A stretch of 64,000 nt of DNA, taken from Anolis carolinensis (lineage: Eukaryota). Position numbers and translations under genes: made by a program. The stretch spans positions 331,771,402 through 331,835,401 of the forward strand of contig NC_085841.1 in the NCBI RefSeq assembly GCF_035594765.1, given 5' to 3'. Below, piece after piece: positions 11,474 through 23,400 of this stretch (the first letter of the stretch is position 1; every line of letters starts with the position of its first letter). The notes beneath the pieces are model-generated. The model was not told the origin of the DNA. It saw only the letters and a program-made list of their open reading frames with translations, and did no database searches.

Positions 11474-14400
11474 TTAGCTGGTATAATAGACATGGAAGAA
11501 AAGAATCTTGTTGCGTAGAAGAGAGTAAGAGTTATCGAATTTGAGCAAGTAGATGCCTTCGCCTGGATACTCGTGGCTGCCTATTTGCACTTCGTGATGG
11601 CTGTCCCTTCGGTAGACTGGCATGATCTCCCCATAATGGCTTCTCAAATAGCTTTTGGAGCCCCTTTCCACATCACCAACAGGGATAGGTCCTGAGAAGA
11701 AAAACACGCAACACATTTCTCATGTTAAGAAGCCAAGAGAAGAAATACAAAGGCTTGGAATCAGGGTAAGACTGACTGATCAAAACCGTCTTTACGAAGA
11801 AGGCATAAGGCCAAATGCTGGACGTGGCTCTCAAGACAGTTCCTATTAACAATGCCCTTGAATCACTACATCTCTCTAAAAGTATCTTCTTGAAATTCAA
11901 CACCTTAGTCCTTCTTATATGTCAGTAATGTGTTTTAAAAAACCCCAAACCATGCTTACAGAACAGTTAATCACACTGACACCAGTATATTTTTCAGCAT
12001 CCACAGGTTTGTATATTGCATACTATAGTCAGTGATGAAAACTTAAAGATAATGCACAGCAACTTTCTATGACTAGAGAAATAATAATTAAGGAGGTTTT
12101 CATCATTGCTAAATCCAGTGTTTTTGGACCTATGAAACTGAGTACATATAACTGAAGCTAAAATTCAAGCATTGTGTCTGCATAAAGACCCAGCATGTAG
12201 TAGTGATTTGAGCTTTTTATTAAGACTCTGAAGACTAGGGTTCGAATCCTTGCTTGAAACACACTAGATGATCTTAGGCAAATCACACTCTCTCAGCATC
12301 AGAGGAACATAAAGGCAAACCTCTCTCTTAACAAATCTTGCCAAGAACACTCTTTGGTAGGTTTGCCTTAGGACAAAGTTTCTCAAACTGTACTCCTCCA
12401 GATGTTTTGGAATTCAGCTCCTATGATTCCTAACAGCTGGTAAACTGACTGGGATTTTTGGAAGTTGAAGTCCAAAACACCTGGAGGAGCACAGTTTGAG
12501 AAACACTGCCTTGGGGTTTCCATAAATCAGAAACAACTTGAAGACACATAATAAACATACAGCTTAGTTGTTTTATTGCCAGTACAGAAAAAATAAGTGC
12601 AGGATTTGTAATCTGAATCTTAAAACAGTACACTAATTATCATTAACCTTAGACTTGGTCTAAGCAAAGGAACACAGCAAACCATTCCTGCAGTGCTCCC
12701 CAATCTATGGAATTCATTCCCTAATTAAGTGCAAATCCTTGATGGTTTGTAGAAAGAATTGCTAAGTTTTTGATTGTGAGAAGGCTTGTCAAGTTTTCAT
12801 AGAATCATAGAATAGTAGAGTTGGAAGAGACCTCATGGGCCATCCAGTCCAACCCCCCGCTAAGAAGCAGGAAATCGCATTCAAAGCACCCCCGACAGAT
12901 GGCCATCCAGCCTCTGTTTAAAAGCCTCCAAAGAAGGAGCCTCCACCACAGCCCGGGGGAGAGAGTTCCACTGTCGAACAGCTCTCACAGTGAGGAAGTT
13001 CTTCCTGATGTTCAGGTGGAATCTCCTTTCCTGTCGTTTGAAGCCATTGTTCCGTGTCCTAGTCTGCAGGGCAGCAGAAAACAAGCTTGCTCCCTCCTCC
13101 CTATGACTTCCCCTCATGTATTTGTACATGGCTATCATGTCTCCTCTCAGCCTTCTCTTCTGCAGGCTAAACATGCCCAGCTCTTTAAGCCGCTCCTCAT
13201 AGGGCTTGTTCTCCAGACCCTTAATCATTTTAGTCGCCCTCCTCTGGACGCTTTCCAGCTTGTCAACATCTCCCTTCAACTGCGGTGCCCAGAATTGGAC
13301 GCAGTATTCCAGGTGTGGTCTGACCAAGGCAGAATAGAGGGGGAGCATGACTTCCCTGGATCTAGACGCTATTCCCCTATTGATGCAGGCCAGAATCCCG
13401 TTGGCTTTTTTAGCTGCCGCATCACATTGTTGGCTCATATTTAACTTGTTGTCCACGAGGACTCCAAGATCTTTTTCGCACACACTGCTGTCAAGCCAGG
13501 CGTCCCCGATTCTGTATCTTTGATTTCCATTTTTTCTGCCGAAATGAAGTATCTTGCATTTGTCCCTGTTGAACTTCATTTTGTCAGTTTCGGCCCATCT
13601 CTCTAGTCTGTCAAGATCGTTTTGAATTCTGCTCCTGTCTTCTGGAGTATTAGCTATCCCTCCCAGTTTGGTGTCGTCTGCAAACTTGATGATCGTGCCT
13701 TCTAACCCTTCGTCTAAGTCGTTAATAAAGATGTTGAACAGAACCGGGCCCAGGACGGAGCCCTGCGGCACTCCACTTGTCACTTCTTTCCATGATGAAG
13801 ACGACGCATTGGTGAGCACCCTCTGGGTTCATTCGCTTAGCCAATTACAGATCCACCTAACCGTAGTTTTGTCTAGCCCACATTTTACTAGTTTGTTTGC
13901 CAGAAGGTCGTGGGGGACTTTGTCGAAGGCCTTACTGAAATCCAGGTACGCTACATCCACGGCATTCCCTGTATCGACCTAACTTGTAACTCTATCGAAA
14001 AAAGAGATCAGATTAGTCTGGCATGACTTGTTTTTGGTAAATCCGTGTTGACTATTAGCTGGCTACAATATGCATTCTTAATAATGCATTTTTATTCATC
14101 TTACTCTTCCATCAAGCAAAAAGTGGGTGCTAGAAACAATATCATACGAAAGCTGACTGACACAACTTGGGGATCATAACCAGACACAACGAAGACATCT
14201 GCCCTTGCGCTTTGCTACTCTGTTGCTGTGCATGCCCAGTGTGAAACACATCTCACCACATTAAAAGAGTGGATGTAGCTCTCACTGAGACATGCCACAT
14301 TATCACGGGATATCAATGCTCCACACCACTGGAGAAATTACACTATTTAGCCAGTATTGCACCACATGACATCTGCTGGGAAGTAGCAGCCTGAATTGAA

Positions 14401-17400
14401 AGGACCAACACTGAGACATCTCTGGCCCATCCCCTGTTTGGATATCAGCCAGCTTGCCAGAGTCTTAAATCAAGAAATAGTTTTCTAAGACCTACAGAGA
14501 CACTCACAGGAACACCTCAGCAAGCAAGAGTCCAAAAGTGGCAGGCTAAAACCCGGAACCTCAAGTCATGGCTGATACTAAATAAGAGACTCCCTCCTGG
14601 GTACACAGAAGATTGGGTGACTTGGAAGGTGCTGAACAGACTGCGCTCTGGCACCACAAGATGCAGCGCCAGCTTTAAGAAGTGGGGCCACAAAGTGGAG
14701 TCCACGACATGAAAGTGTAGAGAAGAGCAAACCACAGACCACCTATTACAAATCAGTCTGAGCCATGCCACACAAACAATGGAGGACCTTCTTATAGCAA
14801 CGCCAGAGGCATTCCAAGTGGTCAGCTACTGGTCAAAGGACATTTAGTATAAAACCAAGTTTTTAACTTTATTTGTGTTTTTAAATACATTACAACTATA
14901 CCCTCGGTTTGCTTCTGATATGATAAATAAATAAATAAATAAATAAATCTTACTCCTGACTTTGGTCCTGGGAATAATCTGAAAGTGTGTGGTAGATTGG
15001 GTTAAACCATCGTGCTGACTGGACTGTTGACCGAAAGGTTGGTGGTTCAAATCCAGGGAGGGGGGTGAGCTCTCATCTGTCAGCTCTAGCTCCCCATGCA
15101 GGGACATAAGAGAAGCCTCCCACAGGATGGTAAAACATCAAACATCCTGATGTCCCCTGGACAACATCCTTGCAGACCTTGCAATTCTCTCACATCAGAA
15201 GCGACTTGCAGTTTCTCAAGTCGCTCCCGACACATACAAAAAAATTCTAAAGCAGTAGTGAAAGCTTACCACAGGCCTGGGAATCATATGCAAGTCATTC
15301 TGAATTGCTGAGAGAAGAAAAAAATTCAGTTTAAAATTAGCTAGAAATTATCATATGTTTGAATGAAGTGACACTGTAGAACTAATAAAATTTTGAAGCA
15401 TGGCACTTTAACTGCCATGCTTCAATGGACTGGAATCATGGTTGCTATAGTTTTACAAGGTCTTTAGCCTTCTCTGCCAAATAGTGTTGGAACCTCATTA
15501 AACTACAAATCTCAGAAGTCCATAGCATTGTGCCATGGCAGTAAGTGGTGCCAAATTGCATTAATTCTACAGTGTAGATGCACCCATGGCCACTGAGACA
15601 ATCCAGTTGTTCTTTTTAAATCTTTTTGCTAATCTCTAATGCTAATAATTTTACTACCATGCTCATGTTTTAACTCTCTGAACCATTTCAGCCATAATGG
15701 GTTGTTGCTGTTATGTGCCTTCAAGTCAACTCTGACTTAGGGTGGTTCTGCCACAGGATTTCCTTGGCAAGATGTATTCAAGGTTTTGCAATTACCTACA
15801 TCTATGATTGAGAGAGTGTGCCTTGGCCAAGGTCATTCAACAGAATTCCATGAATGAGAGGAGATTCAAACCTTGGTTTCCTAGGTTCCTGATCTACTAC
15901 ATTATTCTGGCTCTCAGTGTGCAATGGATCAAATGGCAAAGCCTGTGCAAGGCAGAGGAAATGCAAAACAGAAGGGAAGGATGATCTGTGTGATCTCATT
16001 TGGGATTCAAAAAGTGTAGAACCATAAAGATAAATAGATATGAGGTACAGTGAAACATTGAAGCACTTCAGTACAGCAACTATTATTCCACTTATCCACT
16101 TGTGCACTGACCTTCAAACTCTTCCTCTTCATCCTCTTCATCACTTGATTCACTGACCTGGACAGTAATGGCAGTGCTAGTAACGGGGGTCCAATCAAAA
16201 TAGACCCCAAAACCAATGTCATAATCTTCTGTGGCAAATTCCCAGCAGACTTGCTTTCCATCTGGGTGAGTTGGCACCCGGACTGTTAACACCTCACCCC
16301 GTTTGACCACCATTCGAGCATTTTTTTCCTTGGCCATCTTTGCTTTGAAATCTCTTATCTTAGAGCTTGTCCAAGTGGTTGGTGGAATCAGGGGAGGTGG
16401 TCGAACTGAAAGAAACAAAGATGGCATTATGGACTTGGAACTCTTCTTTAATAGGACTAGGTAGTCTAATAATTTTGCTATATTTCAGAAAGAATTCCTG
16501 TCTATGTGCGAGAAGACTTTTTTTCCTTCTTTAGATTTCTACACCTTATTCCAACTTTACTTTGAGTTGATTGACACTGTTATTTCAATGTTAACTCAAA
16601 TTATACTATTATTTTCAAGTAACATTCAGCTAGTTCTTTAAATATTAAATTTTACTATAGTTTATTATGCCTTTTAACCTATTGATGCAGTTTCTAAGCT
16701 AACAAATACAGAATTTTCAGAAGAGTCCAGATTACCAAATATTGCTCATGTATTTTAAAAACAATTCTGCAATTAAACAGCTGTGCTAATTAACATATCA
16801 AACTATAGCTTACTATACATATAGCTACTGAAAGTAGCTTGATTGTGATTTAAGAAATTAGCACCATAAGCGTATTGAACTGATTTGCTAAGCAGAACAG
16901 ATTGCATTACATCTCCAGAGAACTATAGCTTTGAGAACCTCATCTCAGAGATTAAACATAAATAAATATGATTTCAACATTTGAGTCTCCCTGATTCCTT
17001 GTAAGTTCCATTTATGTTTCTGTCACATACTATACATGTACCACAAACTGATAATGTAGCTTGAAATGATATGAGAGGAAGAGAATATTCAGGAGGCACC
17101 AAACTGAGAATAAGAAATACATTATACCAGAATTCATATGACCTTCAGGTCTTCTATTCTACTTACTTGTAGATCAGTTTCACTTAGCATACCCTATGGC
17201 AATAGAGCACCAATATTACATATATTTATTGCTCAGAACATTGGCTTCGAGGTCAAACTAAGAGAGAAATAAAATCTTAGCCTCACCTTTTTTCTGCTCT
17301 CCCAGCAGATCTGTTGTTTCGAGCTCTGCTGAGAGGACATCTACAGCGCCAGTATATTCTGACTGTATCATGACTATATCACCTGGCCCTTCTGGAGTAG

Positions 17401-20400
17401 GGCATTTTCTCACCTGCACAACAGCCTCCTATGGAGAAACATGTTTCCTCAGTATTACTGTCTAGTAAGATTCAGCTATTTCATTATTAAGCTTTACCTT
17501 ATTTTATTATGCCCTTTTAACCTGTTGATACAGTTTCTAAGCCAACAAATGCAGCAATTCTCTGAAGATAAGGACCAAATTACCAAGTATTGAACATGTA
17601 TCTTGAAAAACTTAAAAGTTACAAGGACAAGGGTCAAGTAAGTCTTTCCTCTACAGACTTCTACTCTCCAAGACCGCTACACATCCTCTCTTTCACCCTC
17701 ACCTCTTCTTCTGACTGTTGGCAAAGAGAAGATTCACACAGATCAATGCCCATCAGGGAGAAAGTAGGAACGGGATCAGTGGTGAAGCCAGGTAGCCAAG
17801 ATAGATGCATCTTAGTACCCCATTTTTATTTTTACTATATGGTTATGGCTGTAATGTCTGGATGAAGATTTGCAACCCTAGTCCCCCCGGGGAGATAGAG
17901 CGGGTTAAAAATAAACTTTTACTATTTTATTATAATCAAGACTATCAAAATCACTTTGATCAATAGCAGGTTATATACATAGACATTTTTTATCATTGTA
18001 CAATGACAGAGTGAATTAATACCAATAGCTAGGACAATAAATTTGTTTTCAGAAAGCTTACTTTTGATTCCAATTACATATTCTAAGTAAAAGCAAATGT
18101 AAAACCAAATTACTGTAAATTTTGCTTTCACAAGTTCATCCAAGTATTGCTGCTTTCAACGCCATAAGGACAGATTAATCAACTTACAGAACAGTTGCCA
18201 GTGATATTATATATTATTTTTAAAACTGTCGAGGTTCCTTTTTTTAGATAACTTCCAAAAATCTTCAGCCAGTAAGAATGTGAGTTAGTATGTATTTTAA
18301 TTTTAATTTAACATAATTTGCTCTAGTAAATATTGCTAACCACCTGTGTAATTCACACTCCATACCACAAACTGCCCCAAATCTGTTTCCTGTACTCTGT
18401 GATTCTTAAAATATTGTCCAAAGCTTTGCCAAGATACTTTTTAATGATAGTAGCTGTCTGATTTTACAATCTTCTAATCTCTTTTATTGCAACCACTCTT
18501 CCTCTTATCATGGTCTTTAAATAAATAGAAGATTTAATTGCATCCATATTTGTTTTTGAAGTCATGGGAAACCTCTTCAAAACTTTGTCACACTATCAAA
18601 CTTTATTCTTAACTTAATATATTGGGCTATAATCCACATTTTTTATTTTTAAAAATTGCATGCAGCCAAAACGTCAACATTTGTCATGAATAGTTTGCAT
18701 GTAATAATATATGTATTTAATGAAGTTTACAAACCCTAACATATCAAAGAAACAGAAAAATCCAATAATGTAAGCAGAAGTGTACCTGTACTATAAAAGA
18801 ATATTCCAAGCAAATCTTACCGAAGCATATTGTCTTAGTGCAGCAAAGATGAATATTGCATTTGGAAACAAAGGAATACAACATTGATATGGTATGTAAG
18901 ATATTGCCCAAGGGGCAAACCCCACCTCCTTTTGTGGTTGGATTTGATCTGTTAGGATCTCCTTTCCCACTACATCTTGCTCTTCTTGATTTCCATGACC
19001 ACATTCAGAATCCTCTGCAGTATCTTCATTTAGAGATGACCCATTCTGCAACCTCTCAGAGAAAGACAGTATTTCAATTCAGTGTTTTAAGAGCACTCTA
19101 TAATGATGAGGTGAAGCAAACAACAATTTTCAATTCTCTAGTAAGTTGTGGGAAAACGGCTTGCAGGAAGATTTGGGATACTGTAGAAACAGGACAATTC
19201 TACCATCTATATGTATGATACAGCTAAGTGGATTCTGTCACATACAAGTGAAAGTACAGCTAGAATTAATCATTGTTCTGCACTGTAATCCCACAGGTAG
19301 CAGAAAATATTCCAGCTGAGCCCATCCAATCATCTCTTGGGCTGCTTTGTAAACACTGACTTTGACAAAATACCCAACAATCTAACAGAATTAATCTGTC
19401 CACCATCCCATATCACCTAAATATAGTATAGCAATTTGACAGTTTTGTTCTCATGTCTCTGTGTCTATAAATGTAACTTTCACAAGTAACATCTTATAAG
19501 AGAGAAATACAAAATCTCTATATTATTGATGTCACAGCAAAGAAATGGCATAAGAGGCTTGCGTAAGAGCTTGCTGGTCCTGCCAGCTACCTACCCTCCC
19601 AATACTGCCCACTGCATATAGAATTATAAATATCTATAAAGTTATTTTCTCCAAAGTAAGACCATTGATTCACCAAGCTCACAGTTGCCTACTCTAATTT
19701 AATAAAGTTATTTTCCAATTCCTTGCTTTACTATGAGACATGTATTCATTACTGAGCTGAAAGTCTTCTCTTTCACAGTATGACAAAGTAGTTTACAGTG
19801 TTTGATGAGTGTGGATTGACATTATATAAAAAGAAATAAACAGTTAGCTAGAGGCACAACAGTGATAGCTATCTCCTCTATTCTCACTAATCCTGAAGGA
19901 TGTAAAACTGTCCTAGGGATTTGGCTGCTTGCTGGATTTTTGGTTCTGTCACACATTTACATAGATTGGATGAGGCTGTAACAGCATCAGAGGAAATGTT
20001 CATACCCCATATTTGTCATTGCTGGGCTAGTAACCAGATAATGGCAACAGCTTTCTCAGCTGTGTCTTTTCCATATGCAGTGCTCTTTCTCTACACGTTG
20101 AATGCTATCTACATTTTAGCACCACACGAAAGCTTGAATATTTACTCAAGCTTTTAGGACTTATTAACCACAACTTCATGCTGATTTATTGATGCATTTA
20201 TACTGTGCTGTTGATTATTACTGTTCTCCATTTTTATCATGCATTGCTTTTAGTGGTAGTAATAAAAAAAAGTTAGAAATATTTATTTGCTGGTAATAAT
20301 TCAGTTGTGTCCATATAGATAACATTAGGATGCCTAAAGTGTAGCCATCACATGACTCAAGCCATACTTACTCGGAAAAGAAAAACAAGTTCTACCAGCA

Positions 20401-23400
20401 AACATGGGAATCAATGGCTGAATACACATTCAGCCTTCATGATTACCTTAAGATGGCCAAGAAAGTTTATTGTATGTTTTTCCTTCACAACTGTTTAAAC
20501 TTCCGAGCTTAAAAATGACAGGAAAGTGGGTGCGATTTTCTGCAAAGCTAGCCAGTCTTCAGCAATTCTCTGAAAGACTTATGTAGCCTGTAAGTCAGAA
20601 ATATAAGGATCCAATAACACAGAGCACTTTTCAGGCAGCAGGAGCACTTTTTTTCAGCACTGGATGAAAAAGTATTGTGCAAGCACAGTTGAAGAGAGGT
20701 GGATACAAGGGCGACTTAAACCAATATCCTGCGAATTTTAAACTGACAGAGGAAGATTACTTCCATACAATTACCAAAACTATTTGTTGGTGGAAAGAAA
20801 ACAGTTTTAAGTCACCATCAGTTTTAAGTCACCAATAGTAACAAAATGCAAAAGTGATTAATTAGGTTAACACCATGCTCTAAATCAGCAGGATTCCAGG
20901 AGCTCATATACATCAGATGGTTTTTTCAGTGATCCCGTGCTTCCTTACTACCACTATTTCACTTCACAGTTCCTTTATATCAAGACTGTTCCAAAAATAC
21001 TTTTAACAGTCTCATGTTATATCTCTATGTATTCTTACTGTCTGTGGAATCAAGTATCCAACCTTTACAGATCTAAATATGTCATCTAGCAAGATCCACA
21101 CACTAGGTTGAACTAGAAAATTCCAGGAACACTGGTACTAAAATCTCTTGCATTTTCAAAAAACAAATTAGGCTTCTGTGGAACATTTTTTTATTCAAGA
21201 GAGACTGTTATGTCTTATACATAAAATATCCCTCAGAGGTTAAAACACACGATACATCTTGAAGTATTAAACACTAAACTCTATTCACTATCAAAAGGAG
21301 TGGAAAGATGGAAATACTACCAATGCAAAAGCCAATGAGGCCAAAGAAATTAACAGCAAACAAGTCTGACAACCTTCCCTAGGAAGTAAATTAACAATGG
21401 GTTCTACTACTGAGAAAGCTTTGTTCCTAAAAGCCATTCACATAGCCTTCAATAGCCATTGGATTTAGCAAGTGTCTTTTAGTTCAATCTAAATCTTTGA
21501 GAGTTCAAAACAATTATATTTGCTTTCTCTAGAAGCAATACCTTGAGACAGTGTTAAAAAACTGCCTATGACAATGAGGAAATCAAAGACAAAGATGTGA
21601 AGAATCACAACCATTTAAACAGTGAGTAACCATGAGTTCATGCTAACCTAGAGATTCAAAGCAAAAAACTATTTGGCATCAATTGGACTGTTGCACAGCA
21701 TTCCCCGATGGGGATATAATTACAGAGGCCCTGGGGATTTATCTCCTTTATGCTACAGCTTCATATGACAGGATTATCTCAGACTGCTTTTGAAATCTAA
21801 CATTCAGTTCCCACAATAACGGAACAAAGACTCGCCCATTTACTTCTCTTTTTAAAAAGTATGGAGTACTTTAGTTTTTGATCACTGTAAGCACCTACAG
21901 GTCAGTGCCTAAACAATGCATAACCAATTAATTTGTTGTAAGTGCCACCTGCAGATGCAACATATTATATGAACTTTGCCTCCATAATACAGAATTTTAA
22001 AACCAATGTGTCAATCTGTAAGTTTGCTTTTGAATCTAAACAAATCACCATCACTGATTTTATAAGTTTACCAGAATAACAAACAAAACTCCAAAATGAA
22101 GCACATCACAGAAGTTCAATTCTCTATTTTATCTTGATAGGTGAAAGCTGCTTTCCAAATCCCTCCATCATATGAGAAATGAAGCGTATCTTCCCTTTCT
22201 TTTTCCTTAAACACCATGTAACACAGATCTCTATCACAAATACTATACATATTTCTTACCTGCATAGCGAGGCATCATTTCCTAGACTGGCTTCTGTCTG
22301 GAATGTAGGTTCTGGCCGCTGAGTTATATCTTCATTCTCTATATTAAAAAAAGAAAACAGAAATCATCATTGGCTTTACAGTAGTACCTAACTTCCAATA
22401 TTTAAAACAAAATGTCTTTCAGTCTGGTTGTTTTTTCATGTCATACCCTGTCTTAGTAGAATTCAGGAAAAAGTATGAAAAAACCAATATATTGTGAGCA
22501 CACAAATCAAGAAGGCTTCTGTTTCAAAACAGTAAGCCTGCTTTTCAGAAAGAAACCCTAGTCATGACTAAAGCATGGCATTTGAAACTAGAGTAACAAT
22601 ATCCTGGAGAAGTGGTTGGAAGAAAACGCCAACAGTACCCCATAGATAAGGTAGCAAATAGGTTATTGTGGTAGAATCAACCCACCACATAATTTGTGTT
22701 TATAAGATAAGCCTTGGGCTCTGTTAGCAGCATATCTTAAAGCAGACAACTTACTTCCTTAAAAACTGTTTACATTGCAGGCAGAACATTGTAACCTGGG
22801 CTGACAATATGCAAATTCCACAGACTTACAAAATCCAGGACTGTGTATGTGTGCATGCCTGTAAGTTGACTGTTGAATTATAGCAACCCCATATTTTCAT
22901 AGGGTTTTCTTAGACAAGGAATACTCGGAGATGGTTTTTGCAGTGCCTTCCTCTGAAATACAGCCTACAGCACCAGGTATTCATTAGAAGTCTCCCATTC
23001 AAATACTAATTGAAGCTGACCCTTCGTTGCTTCCAAAATCAGATGGGATCTAGTATCTTTAAAATGTGTTCAGACTGCTTAAAGACATGCCTACTTATTA
23101 ATGATGGCAACCTTTCAAACACAGAAAAACTACAGACAGGCTGTAGTTCTAAGTATGTCCTCTCAAATGGAATAGAATTATGAGACTGATATGAAAAAAT
23201 ATTGAAAAATAATGTTGATGACAATGTCTTAGTCTGGGCAATTGTATCTCACCTCTAAAAGATGATATATGAAAGAGCCTTTTGTCTGTGAACACAGTTC
23301 CCCTGTTCCTCCTTTAATGTAAGCCATAGCTAACCTAGAAATTCTTTACTTCACCATAGTTTCCCACAATGTCAGACCCAGGAAACTGTTATGAATTATG

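Noticed and set aside
12821-13982. Plus-strand ORFs of 207 and 104 aa
   Set aside because: Antisense frames of the CR1 reverse transcriptase.
16605-17612. Pair of intronic snoRNAs in consecutive TMED8 introns
   Set aside because: I could not see box C/D or H/ACA motifs with terminal stems on the transcribed strand; reported only as a duplication.
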